DNA of 64,000 nt. Origin: Escherichia coli (GTDB lineage Bacteria > Pseudomonadota > Gammaproteobacteria > Enterobacterales > Enterobacteriaceae). The translations under genes and the position numbers were made by a program. Below are positions 10,378-17,713 of this stretch, one piece after another. The stretch lies in the NCBI RefSeq assembly GCF_050920415.1, contig NZ_CP169309.1, one strand, 5' to 3'. Position 1 is the first letter of the stretch. Every line of letters begins with the position of its first letter. Under the pieces are notes generated by a model. The model saw only the letters and a program-made list of their open reading frames with translations. It made no database searches and was not told the origin of the DNA.

Positions 10378-10449
10378 TTACATAATCGAAAGCGCCCAGG
10401 TAATAAGGACGATAGCCAAAACCATGCAGATAAAATCTGACTCTCTCAT
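10378..10449 (-). CDS. small hydrophobic peptide 2 (23 aa, MRESDFICMVLAIVLITWALSIM)
   Basis: AAGGTGG SD 7 nt upstream of the ATG; single TM helix; 10-nt gap to the next ORF. Confidence 0.45.
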   Translation of the reverse strand: MRESDFICMVLAIVLITWALSIM

Positions 10450-10524
10450 ATTGTCCACCTTGTTTACGCGAAGAAAACAATAACAGCTAACAGCGTGCAT
10501 ATAGCCATAATTAAGAAATCACTA

Positions 10525-10599
10525 TCAGACATTGATAATCACTCCCACGATAATTAACGCTGCTATACATACGAACAATACAGCTTCGATAACATCCAT
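10525..10599 (-). CDS. small hydrophobic peptide 3 (24 aa, MDVIEAVLFVCIAALIIVGVIINV)
   Basis: AGGTGAG SD upstream; single TM helix. Confidence 0.45.
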   Translation of the reverse strand: MDVIEAVLFVCIAALIIVGVIINV

Positions 10600-10607
10600 T
10601 CGCTCAC

Positions 10608-10676
10608 CTATTGAGTTAGCGCGGTCATGGTAAGAACAATCGCAACGATCAGGAAAAAGAAATCAAGCCATTTCAT
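10608..10676 (-). CDS. small hydrophobic peptide 4 (22 aa, MKWLDFFFLIVAIVLTMTALTQ)
   Basis: GGGAG SD; start overlaps the stop of peptide 5 (ATGA); single TM helix. Confidence 0.45.
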   Translation of the reverse strand: MKWLDFFFLIVAIVLTMTALTQ

Positions 10677-10753
10677 TTTTTAAACTCCCGATAAACATCT
10701 ACGGCAATCACTGTAATAACAGCCACCAGCAATAGCATTTCATATGCGTTCAT
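10673..10753 (-). CDS. small hydrophobic peptide 5 (26 aa, MNAYEMLLLVAVITVIAVDVYREFKK)
   Basis: AGGTGAA SD; single TM helix; translationally coupled to peptide 4. Confidence 0.45.
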   Translation of the reverse strand: MNAYEMLLLVAVITVIAVDVYREFKK

Positions 10754-10761
10754 GCTTTCAC

Positions 10762-10836
10762 CTATACAACGTTATTCCACCAGAAATAGATAATGACTGC
10801 GACCAACGACCACCAGATGAGATCGTAAATGTTCAT
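10762..10836 (-). CDS. small hydrophobic peptide 6 (24 aa, MNIYDLIWWSLVAVIIYFWWNNVV)
   Basis: Single TM helix, Trp-rich; 8-nt gap to peptide 5; weak SD. Confidence 0.35.
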   Translation of the reverse strand: MNIYDLIWWSLVAVIIYFWWNNVV

Positions 10837-10848
10837 GATTAAATACCG

Positions 10849-10923
10849 TCAGCTCTCAATGAATATCATGATCGCCAGCCATACAGCGACGCAGGCAGAA
10901 AGAACAATAAGCGGATCAATCAT
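10849..10923 (-). CDS. small hydrophobic peptide 7 (24 aa, MIDPLIVLSACVAVWLAIMIFIES)
   Basis: GGGTGG-like SD; single TM helix. Confidence 0.4.
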   Translation of the reverse strand: MIDPLIVLSACVAVWLAIMIFIES

Positions 10924-10935
10924 ATTGCCACCCAT

Positions 10936-11031
10936 CTAATATTTGCTCATTACGGTTATAAGCACGGCGATAACGAAGCCAACCAGAAATATAGATATAC
11001 CTATTAATCCGGCGATGATGCTTTCGTCCAT
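10936..11031 (-). CDS. small hydrophobic peptide 8 (31 aa, MDESIIAGLIGISIFLVGFVIAVLITVMSKY)
   Basis: Single TM helix; start 2 nt after the stop of peptide 9. Confidence 0.4.
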   Translation of the reverse strand: MDESIIAGLIGISIFLVGFVIAVLITVMSKY

Positions 11032-11033
11032 AA

Positions 11034-11123
11034 CTAATCCTGCATAGACATAACCACCAGAAACAAGCAAAGGATGAATCCAGCCGCCATCCCACCGATG
11101 AAAGTTAGTATTGATGCGATCAT
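11034..11123 (-). CDS. small hydrophobic peptide 9 (29 aa, MIASILTFIGGMAAGFILCLFLVVMSMQD)
   Basis: Starts 2 nt after the stop of the upstream 176-aa gene; GAGG SD; single TM helix. Confidence 0.4.
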   Translation of the reverse strand: MIASILTFIGGMAAGFILCLFLVVMSMQD

Positions 11124-11125
11124 AA

Positions 11126-11656
11126 TCAGCCTCGTTTAAAGCTCATAACACGCGGTACAAGCGCTTCTTTTGCTTTCGGCTTACGTTTGCCTTTCTTTGC
11201 GGGTTTTTCTTCCTTCGGCTGTTCTAATGCCTGCTCGACGACTTCAGCCGCCTGCATTGCCGCTACTTGTGCTTCGTTTGATTCAGCCAGGATAGGGAAA
11301 AATGCATCGAAGATACGGCCTACCATGTAAGCGTAAGTCTCATTCGCCGGGTGAGTTGGATCAGTGATCGCCACGACGCCAACATCACTTAAAACGTGGA
11401 ATGTAGTGTGAGCGCATTCATGTACCAGCGTTCCTAACTCATTGTCGAATACTGCGATCACGTAGAAGTTACCGCCTTTCTCACCAGTGCAAGTAAGCGT
11501 CAATCCTCCAGCCAGTTCGAAATCAGGTTCGATTGGAATTCCTGCCTTTTCGCAAAATTCATAAAACATCTCGCGGGTCGGGCAAAAGAAAACGGTTGTA
11601 TGCTCAAAGAGCGGGATCTTGAATTGAGGCAACTTAATGCCTTTAGCCTTAGCCAT
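11126..11656 (-). CDS. hypothetical protein with HExxH motif (possible SprT-like zinc-metallopeptidase fold), basic C-terminal tail
   Basis: 176 aa; AGGAG SD; motif LVHECAHTTFH; lysine-rich C-terminus. Confidence 0.4.
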   Translation of the reverse strand: MAKAKGIKLPQFKIPLFEHTTVFFCPTREMFYEFCEKAGIPIEPDFELAGGLTLTCTGEKGGNFYVIAVFDNELGTLVHECAHTTFHVLSDVGVVAITDPTHPANETYAYMVGRIFDAFFPILAESNEAQVAAMQAAEVVEQALEQPKEEKPAKKGKRKPKAKEALVPRVMSFKRG

Positions 11657-11983
11657 CAGAATAATCTCCTGTCTGGTTTGCTTTTACTTCCTGTTTATAC
11701 AGCGGAAGGAATGACATAAAACACTGAAAACGGCGCTTCATCAGTACCGTTTCCAGAATTTTATAAAACTGGACCTGCTTAACATCTCTGATAAACAGAT
11801 CCGGGCGCTCGTCCTACGCATGGCAGGTGAGTGAATGGCGCTTTCTTCTACCCGGGTAGCGCCGACCTGTTAATGGGATGGATGATCCGGTATTACGTGT
11901 TTTTGACTATTCCGCCGTCGCTCGCGGGAAGGATTGCCCCGGTTATGGCTGGCTGGCGGAAACGGCGACACGTCCACGCGCTG

Positions 11984-12454
11984 TTATTTTTTGCGTAAGC
12001 ACTGCGTTTTGATATAGCTCTGAAGTCCGGTGATCTTCGCGTCTTTCTCTTTTAGTTGTTCTCTGAGGGATAGATAAGCCGATTCAGCGTCGGGAGTGAG
12101 TCTACAGGTGGCTCCATCAATGCGGCTGGCGGTTCCGGTATTGTCGAGTAATCGCACTGGCTCGGCGTTGACGTGCAACCGGATAGTACCGCTATCAATG
12201 CCTGCACGCAGATCGGCAATGTCAGATCTGATAGCTTTAATTTCATCGTGATACCTCTTATCAAGTTTTGACAGTTCGGCGTTTCGCTCCTTCATCTGCT
12301 GAATAGTGTTACTTGCTGTTTTTAGTGCGCCTTGCGTCACCGTGACTTCTTCCTGTAACCTTGCCGCCTCACCGTGGTAATAACATGTAACGGCAGCTAG
12401 CCCGGCAATAATGCAAACAACAACGGCGATGATTAACGCCTTTACCTTGTCCAT
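11984..12454 (-). CDS. i-spanin (Rz-like)
   Basis: 156 aa; N-terminal TM anchor, coiled-coil periplasmic domain; overlaps the endolysin 3' end; embedded Rz1 frame. Confidence 0.6.
   Translation of the reverse strand: MDKVKALIIAVVVCIIAGLAAVTCYYHGEAARLQEEVTVTQGALKTASNTIQQMKERNAELSKLDKRYHDEIKAIRSDIADLRAGIDSGTIRLHVNAEPVRLLDNTGTASRIDGATCRLTPDAESAYLSLREQLKEKDAKITGLQSYIKTQCLRKK
12052..12246 (-). CDS. o-spanin (Rz1-like lipoprotein) embedded in the Rz frame
   Basis: Alternate frame inside Rz; signal peptide with LSGC lipobox; proline-rich mature part. Confidence 0.5.
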   Translation of the reverse strand: MKLKLSDLTLPICVQALIAVLSGCTSTPSQCDYSTIPEPPAALMEPPVDSLPTLNRLIYPSENN

Positions 12455-12933
12455 GTTTCACCCCATTCGCAAACGGCATATTCAACATCACGGCGATTGA
12501 TTAAACCTTGCCACTGCTTACCGCCAGCATAGATCCAGCGTTTAAGCTGTGCGCACGCTTCTGATTTCTTGCCGTCATTGAGTAGCTTCAATAAGGTTGA
12601 TGTTTTGAAATTGGTTGCGCCTACGTTATAGGCGAATGAATAAAGCGCCGCGCGGGTAAAATCTGATATTTCGACTTTAATATACGGGTCAATCGCTTTT
12701 GCGGTCTTGTGGAGATCTTTGTTTAACAAAGCATCGCATTCTGATTGCGTGTAAGTCTTACCAAGCATGATGTCTTTTCCGGTGTGACCATAGCAAACAG
12801 TCCATACACCGATAACATCACGATACGGATCGTACTCCACGCCTTCTAATGGTTTAACCATCACAGCCGCAATAGCGATCGCCCCACCAGCCGCCGCAGC
12901 AATAATCTTATTCTTCAGCGATTGGCTAATCAT
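12442..12933 (-). CDS. SAR endolysin (T4-lysozyme-like, phage 21 R-type)
   Basis: N-terminal Gly/Ala-rich SAR helix [17 protein letters not shown] then [18 protein letters not shown] catalytic region; start at MISQSL, 1 nt after the holin stop. Confidence 0.7.
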   Translation of the reverse strand: MISQSLKNKIIAAAAGGAIAIAAVMVKPLEGVEYDPYRDVIGVWTVCYGHTGKDIMLGKTYTQSECDALLNKDLHKTAKAIDPYIKVEISDFTRAALYSFAYNVGATNFKTSTLLKLLNDGKKSEACAQLKRWIYAGGKQWQGLINRRDVEYAVCEWGETWTR

Positions 12934-12934
12934 G

Positions 12935-13135
12935 TTACTTATTCCCCATTCGCGCGTCGTGTTCCTCTTGCGCTCGTTTGTTCTCCTGTGATTTGAAGTA
13001 ATAATTAACGGCAAATGTGCCTATGGTTGATAAGATACCCACAAATACAGCAACATCATTAATGGTTATCGCACCAAAAAAGGCCGTTACGGCCCCTACT
13101 GCATACGCGCACACCTCCCGTATTTTGTCGAACAT
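12935..13135 (-). CDS. pinholin-type holin (S21-like)
   Basis: 66 aa, two hydrophobic helices, charged C-terminus [15 protein letters not shown] resembling S21; GGAGG SD. Confidence 0.6.
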   Translation of the reverse strand: MFDKIREVCAYAVGAVTAFFGAITINDVAVFVGILSTIGTFAVNYYFKSQENKRAQEEHDARMGNK

Positions 13136-13153
13136 AGATTTACCTCCAACAAA

Positions 13154-13177
13154 GCAAAAACCCGGCGCGGGGCCGGG
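13154..13177 (-). terminator. rho-independent terminator just upstream of the holin (tR'-like)
   Basis: Minus strand CCCGGCCCCGCGCCGGG hairpin followed by TTTTT, about 20 nt before the holin RBS. Confidence 0.5.
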
Positions 13178-13413
13178 TAATTACAATTTCGCATTGTTAG
13201 GAAATATTTTAATCTATTTGTTTTTTATGCGCGATTATGGCTACAGTTTCTTAATTAATAGCCCATTATCAAGTAATAATTGCATTTGCTCGCGGCTCAT
13301 TAGTGAATCTTTCCAGTATGGGTCATCAATAGTCATAATCATCACTTTGTCGCCTTTTAGCATGTAGGCTATACCGAACAAAGTATGTGAATAAACACCA
13401 TCTTCGATCTCAT

Positions 13414-13596
13414 TCATAGTCCGCTAACCCTTACCACATCGCCGTTATAAAGCATGATTTCAATCATTGCTCGCGTCATCTCGATGAATGGCTTCCTCCA
13501 GTCACCACCATCAATACAGACACGAATATCATCACCTTCCACGCGGTAAAACATCTCGTCGATTAGTGTTACGGCGTATATACCATCTTCAATCAT
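13414..13596 (-). CDS. hypothetical protein, paralog of the adjacent gene
   Basis: 60 aa; shares a YR(V/L)EG...PF(I/L)(E/T)MT...I(I/E)(A/I)M core with the next ORF. Confidence 0.4.
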   Translation of the reverse strand: MIEDGIYAVTLIDEMFYRVEGDDIRVCIDGGDWRKPFIEMTRAMIEIMLYNGDVVRVSGL

Positions 13597-13866
13597 TTAA
13601 CTATCCTCTTTGAATAGCCTAAATTTAATATCGCCAATCTTGCGCCAGTATCCGTGATTAAACATCGCGATGATCTCCGCAGATGTCATAGTTAAAAACG
13701 GTTCATGCCACGGCTCAAGCTGGTGTAATCGCATCATTACGTGTTCACCTTCAAGGCGATAATAAGCGCGTGACGCCAATGACTGATAAACACCGTCATA
13801 TTTATGGTCGCTATTTCCCATTTTTACGCCCCTTAATGGCTCTTTTGATCTGCGTGCGCGTGGCAT
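13597..13866 (-). CDS. hypothetical protein, paralog of the adjacent gene
   Basis: 89-aa ORF, start uncertain; tandem duplicate of 13414-13596. Confidence 0.35.
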   Translation of the reverse strand: MPRARRSKEPLRGVKMGNSDHKYDGVYQSLASRAYYRLEGEHVMMRLHQLEPWHEPFLTMTSAEIIAMFNHGYWRKIGDIKFRLFKEDS

Positions 13867-14011
13867 CGACGAAAGCGATAAACACCGCTACAGGCCAGAA
13901 AGGAATCTCAAGGCCACCACGATCGAGATCATTAGATTTGATAAAACAATACATCAGGATAGCGCCAGCGATATAAAGGAGAAACACAGCAATGATAAGA
14001 CATTCAATCAT
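13811..14011 (-). CDS. small membrane protein
   Basis: 66 aa, two hydrophobic helices; GAGG SD; start overlaps the upstream ORF. Confidence 0.4.
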   Translation of the reverse strand: MIECLIIAVFLLYIAGAILMYCFIKSNDLDRGGLEIPFWPVAVFIAFVDATRTQIKRAIKGRKNGK

Positions 14012-14144
14012 CCTCTTTCTCCCCGCCTAAATATTGATATATTTCTTCAGCATTTTCCCCGCGCTCAAAACAATAATGTTCAAACATGCGCCAGTGTTCA
14101 CTAAGAAACATAACAATAAAATTGTTAACGTATTCGTCATCCAT
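14004..14144 (-). CDS. hypothetical small protein (46 aa, not in the ORF track)
   Basis: ATG 14144 with AGAGGA SD; fills the gap between flanking genes. Confidence 0.35.
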   Translation of the reverse strand: MDDEYVNNFIVMFLSEHWRMFEHYCFERGENAEEIYQYLGGEKEDD

Positions 14145-14146
14145 AG

Positions 14147-14398
14147 TTAATCATCCTCTTCATCGTCTTCTTGTTCAGCCAGGAAATCATCGACGGCACG
14201 GTAAGTGACTGGCGGGACGTATTCGAAATCATCACTATCAAGATCGAGCGTCCGGCTGTCGCCGTCGTCGTCCATCGTGTTCATCCCCAGCTCACCGAAA
14301 GGACCGTATCCAATGTGGCCCAGGTATTCGCAACCAGTCGTAAAGCCAGGGTATTCACCTTTACAACGGATTTTGTAAGGTTTATTTGATGCGCTCAA
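14147..14398 (-). CDS. highly acidic small protein (candidate DNA-mimic / anti-restriction)
   Basis: 83 aa with Asp/Glu-rich stretches (DDDGD, DLDSDD, EQEDDEEDD). Confidence 0.4.
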   Translation of the reverse strand: MSASNKPYKIRCKGEYPGFTTGCEYLGHIGYGPFGELGMNTMDDDGDSRTLDLDSDDFEYVPPVTYRAVDDFLAEQEDDEEDD

Positions 14399-14705
14399 TT
14401 TTTGAGTCTCCGTCTTCTGTCGGGGTTATTTTGTATTCTGCCGCCAGTTCTGCACCAACCAATTCAACCTCGATTTCAGGGAAAGGATTAAGCATCAGTG
14501 CGGCAAAAACAAAATGTTTAACGTGATTTGCATATTCAAGGTGTTTCACGTCAAAAGGTGGTTCCGATACGTGGAAGCATTTAACGTGCGCGTCGTCTTC
14601 AGTAGCTACACGGAAACATACGCCAGGTTGCCCGGCGAATTTGCCATTTTTTTCATCTTCTGAAATAGTGCCACGGAAAACTTTAACGCTGATAAATTTA
14701 GACAT
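14382..14705 (-). CDS. hypothetical protein
   Basis: 107-aa ORF in the co-directional array. Confidence 0.35.
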   Translation of the reverse strand: MSKFISVKVFRGTISEDEKNGKFAGQPGVCFRVATEDDAHVKCFHVSEPPFDVKHLEYANHVKHFVFAALMLNPFPEIEVELVGAELAAEYKITPTEDGDSKIERIK

Positions 14706-14708
14706 TGT

Positions 14709-14963
14709 TTATTCTCCTTCGTAAAAAACAGCTACCAGTTCAGGATTGTTTAATGGGTTGGAGCAAGAATAAAAACCACTTCGCAATAATCCTCTAAGCG
14801 CCTTTATTTTTCTGTGCGCCGGGATTGACTCGCTTAAATAGAAATCATCTTTCCTTTTGTCATAAGGTAGCTCGTAAAACCTACCATAATTGACGAATTG
14901 AACGACGCGGCTGTACTCACCATCAATCCTACTAACGCCGCGCCAAATCCTAAATACAACCAT
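14709..14963 (-). CDS. hypothetical protein
   Basis: 84-aa ORF, 3-nt gap to the downstream gene. Confidence 0.35.
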   Translation of the reverse strand: MVVFRIWRGVSRIDGEYSRVVQFVNYGRFYELPYDKRKDDFYLSESIPAHRKIKALRGLLRSGFYSCSNPLNNPELVAVFYEGE

Positions 14964-14965
14964 AA

Positions 14966-15265
14966 TTAAAACTCCGCACCAGGTAAGCTACGCGCTTCGT
15001 TAATATCGTCCTTTTCAATCCATTTCTTAGCGTGTATATCCATTACGGATATAGCGGCAACTGGCGCATAGTTATTTACTGAGTTGATGTGAAACAATTG
15101 GTTTTTGGTAAAAATCATGTCGTCGTCTGTTATATATAACCAGTCGCCGCGCTTACCAACAACAGTATGAGATCTTCCTAAGCTGTCTTTAAATTCATAA
15201 TTGCAGAAAACATCATCATTAGGCACTTCAACAAAACAGCACGCAATGAATTTAGCACTTTTCAT
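14966..15265 (-). CDS. hypothetical protein
   Basis: Start at MKSAKF with a GAAGGGTG SD; the longer table ORF would run through an intergenic hairpin. Confidence 0.35.
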   Translation of the reverse strand: MKSAKFIACCFVEVPNDDVFCNYEFKDSLGRSHTVVGKRGDWLYITDDDMIFTKNQLFHINSVNNYAPVAAISVMDIHAKKWIEKDDINEARSLPGAEF

Positions 15266-15308
15266 AATTACACCCTTCTGGTTTGATGGGGCCATCCGGC
15301 CCCGTGTT

Positions 15309-15449
15309 TTATTCTTCTTCGTCTCCTTTGAATCCTAAACACTCCGCGTATTCGTCAATGCTTAATGCTTCTTCCCCTGGTGCCAGTAATTCAAAATAGC
15401 GGGCGTATAACTCAAAAACCCAGGCCGGATATTTAGCGTTAGCGTTCAT
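15309..15449 (-). CDS. hypothetical small protein (46 aa, not in the ORF track)
   Basis: ATG 15449 preceded by an AAGGGGGTG SD. Confidence 0.35.
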   Translation of the reverse strand: MNANAKYPAWVFELYARYFELLAPGEEALSIDEYAECLGFKGDEEE

Positions 15450-15460
15450 GGTTCACCCCC

Positions 15461-15733
15461 TTAAGCCATGCGTGCGAATTCAAGCGCTTTGCATTCATAG
15501 TCTTCTTCTGCCTGTTCCACTACACGGATAATCATCTGATCGGCGTTTTCGAAGCCATAACCTTTAGCGAATTCATTAGCACCGCCTTCGTGGTCATGTT
15601 CTGCGTTCATCGCTTCCACATAGTGGAACTCAAGATTGTTAAGGTAGGGACTAGAAACGCCGTCCTCTTTTTCAATCAGATCCCAAATTGCATTGAATCG
15701 GGACTCTGTTTCTTCGTTAATCCAGCGTTTCAT
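15461..15733 (-). CDS. hypothetical acidic protein
   Basis: 90 aa; GGAGGG SD; preceded by a 108-bp intergenic region with an inverted repeat and a G13 tract. Confidence 0.4.
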   Translation of the reverse strand: MKRWINEETESRFNAIWDLIEKEDGVSSPYLNNLEFHYVEAMNAEHDHEGGANEFAKGYGFENADQMIIRVVEQAEEDYECKALEFARMA

Positions 15734-15774
15734 TTTTCTGCCCTCCGCATCGTTCTCTCTTCAGCTTCTTTATA

Positions 15775-15808
15775 ACAAAATGGCACTGCCGAAACAATGC
15801 CATTTTGT
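15775..15808. promoter_or_regulatory. inverted repeat ACAAAATGGCA-N12-TGCCATTTTGT (operator/promoter-like)
   Basis: Perfect 11-bp arms at 15775-15785 and 15798-15808; overlaps a TGTTATAAA extended -10-like element on the minus strand. Confidence 0.4.
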
Positions 15809-15815
15809 AAACTTT

Positions 15816-15828
15816 GGGGGGGGGGGGG
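15816..15828. repeat. homopolymeric G13 (C13 on the coding strand) tract
   Basis: 13 consecutive G at 15816-15828 in an intergenic region directly next to the inverted repeat. Confidence 0.9.
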
Positions 15829-15841
15829 TAGATCACGCTTT

Positions 15842-16057
15842 TTATTCGTCCTGCTTGAAGGCCACTACAACCGCGCGATCTTTGTTCTGAATCAACCACC
15901 AGCCACGCGCCTTGCTTGGCGCTGCATACCATAAGTGACCGTAAGTGTCTGTGACAACTAAAAACGGGTTTTTCTGTAATCCGCCTGGCTTTTCCGCTTC
16001 GTACTGGCAACCGTCCTCAAAACAATCAAGATCAGATCCGTGACACGTTAAAATCAT
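15842..16057 (-). CDS. hypothetical protein
   Basis: 71-aa ORF. Confidence 0.35.
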   Translation of the reverse strand: MILTCHGSDLDCFEDGCQYEAEKPGGLQKNPFLVVTDTYGHLWYAAPSKARGWWLIQNKDRAVVVAFKQDE

Positions 16058-16066
16058 ATTGCCCCC

Positions 16067-16279
16067 TTAATAACGCTCAAAACTGGCGGAAAAATCAATG
16101 CCTGATATCTCACCGCCACGATAAGTTGGCATAAATCCCCACACATCATCATGATCATCAATCAATACAAGCGCCACGCCAACATCGCTAATCCCATTGC
16201 CATAAACAATGTGAACATCATAAATACGCCCAGGAGTGAAAACGCTGTCATTACTTGAGTATGTGCATTTAACTTGCAT
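16067..16279 (-). CDS. hypothetical protein
   Basis: 70-aa ORF. Confidence 0.35.
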   Translation of the reverse strand: MQVKCTYSSNDSVFTPGRIYDVHIVYGNGISDVGVALVLIDDHDDVWGFMPTYRGGEISGIDFSASFERY

Positions 16280-16553
16280 TATCAGCCACCTTTAAATAAT
16301 TTTTTACATCAACATCAGCCGGATATCTGGAAAATTGCGCTAACCATTGTCCGGTAATGTTTTTCACCAGTGCATAATCAAGATCGCCGCAGTAGAATAC
16401 CTGGTACATTGCCCCTTCGTTATCACTCATAACGAATACCATCTGGTCAGTAGTCGCATTGCGCAATCTGTGAATTGTGTACGCCTGCCCCGTGGTAAAT
16501 TTATATTCGTTACAAGTTGTGCGGCAAAACATCCGGTCAAAATAGCTTTCCAT
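16269..16553 (-). CDS. hypothetical protein
   Basis: 94-aa ORF overlapping its neighbours. Confidence 0.35.
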   Translation of the reverse strand: MESYFDRMFCRTTCNEYKFTTGQAYTIHRLRNATTDQMVFVMSDNEGAMYQVFYCGDLDYALVKNITGQWLAQFSRYPADVDVKNYLKVADNAS

Positions 16554-16798
16554 CAGAAAACCCCTTTATAATCGACCGTGTATTTTGCTATCAGGTTCCA
16601 GTCGCAATAATTAAGCATGTCTCGCGGTTGCCAGCCTTTCATCCCGACCGCCCGCCGCGCAGCGTGACGGCGATAATCATCGTTATAGTCAGCTATGCAC
16701 CACGGCTGGAGAACAAACATATAATTTGCTTCATTAACCAGGATAGCCACCCGCTTTCCTGTTGCCTTGTCTTTTGCCCTGAAATAATTCACTTTCAT
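16553..16798 (-). CDS. hypothetical protein
   Basis: 81-aa ORF, ATGA-type overlap. Confidence 0.35.
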   Translation of the reverse strand: MKVNYFRAKDKATGKRVAILVNEANYMFVLQPWCIADYNDDYRRHAARRAVGMKGWQPRDMLNYCDWNLIAKYTVDYKGVF

Positions 16799-17010
16799 TT
16801 TAATACCTCGTCGATCAACATTTCTTCTTCCAGGTTAGCCGGACGTTTACGGAATATCCCGGCAAAAACCAGATCGTCGAGTAGGTCTTTACGCTTAAAT
16901 AACCACTCTTTCATTATTACCCCGTCATCGCTGCGATATACGACGCCGTTTTTCAGAAAATAAAAAGTGCGGGTATTTGTCTGAAGGTATAAATCTTCGT
17001 AAACGTCCAT
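16795..17010 (-). CDS. hypothetical protein
   Basis: 71-aa ORF. Confidence 0.35.
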   Translation of the reverse strand: MDVYEDLYLQTNTRTFYFLKNGVVYRSDDGVIMKEWLFKRKDLLDDLVFAGIFRKRPANLEEEMLIDEVLK

Positions 17011-17014
17011 GATA

Positions 17015-17242
17015 TTAACCCTCGACTATTTGCAGACCGCGCCCCTTGTCACCCACGAAGTCACCAAGACTGAACGTATACGACCACGCCGGATTGATAT
17101 AATGGTCATCAGCACCAGCGGCAATGAGATCAGCACCATTAATCATGCAAGTAACATCATCGCTATGAACTACATTAACTACCTTACCAACAACCTGTTT
17201 TAATGACGGGTATCCGTGATCGTGCAAGAATTTAACTTTCAT
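17015..17242 (-). CDS. hypothetical protein
   Basis: 75-aa ORF. Confidence 0.35.
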   Translation of the reverse strand: MKVKFLHDHGYPSLKQVVGKVVNVVHSDDVTCMINGADLIAAGADDHYINPAWSYTFSLGDFVGDKGRGLQIVEG

Positions 17243-17472
17243 TCCACTGTCTCCCAGCGGTCAATGCTGATTAAAAAATCCCGGATAGCGTGGCGTTCGT
17301 CGCGCGTTGGCTTGCGCTTCCGGTAAATCTTGAAATCGAACCATTCTTTTTCTTGTTCGAAATCCAGATCGTAAGCAAGCGCCTCAATATATCCGCATTC
17401 GTGATACTGGTACGCCACGCCAGCACGAACAAAAAAGCGGGTTTTATCCCGCTTGTGTTCATAAATACGCAT
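17239..17472 (-). CDS. hypothetical protein
   Basis: 77-aa ORF. Confidence 0.35.
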   Translation of the reverse strand: MRIYEHKRDKTRFFVRAGVAYQYHECGYIEALAYDLDFEQEKEWFDFKIYRKRKPTRDERHAIRDFLISIDRWETVE

Positions 17473-17482
17473 ATTTACCCCG

Positions 17483-17713
17483 TTATGCAGTTGTGTAGCT
17501 GTCTACCAGCTTTTCATCCTTCATTCTGGCAAGCTGTGCGATGTTCATCGTGTAGCCGCCATCAGAGAAAAGCCACTCCGCCGCCTTGCGACGAAAAGTA
17601 ATATCATCATGGTTGCGCGTCCATGTGGCGATCACCACGCGCTTTCCGTCAGTGGCAAACATAGATAATTCATTATCAACTACGTCGATAGCCTGCCAGA
17701 TTTTTAGCTCCAT
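17483..17713 (-). CDS. hypothetical protein
   Basis: 76-aa ORF. Confidence 0.35.
   Translation of the reverse strand: MELKIWQAIDVVDNELSMFATDGKRVVIATWTRNHDDITFRRKAAEWLFSDGGYTMNIAQLARMKDEKLVDSYTTA

Noticed and set aside
13241-13363. 40-codon minus-strand ORF (MLKGDKVMIM...) in the late-promoter region
   Set aside because: No SD and it sits in the 278-bp region expected to hold the late promoter upstream of the terminator hairpin; more likely non-coding.
15717-16010. 97-aa minus-strand ORF reading through the C13 tract (gives PPPP)
   Set aside because: Spans two real genes and the intergenic repeat; a product of the homopolymer and alternate frame.
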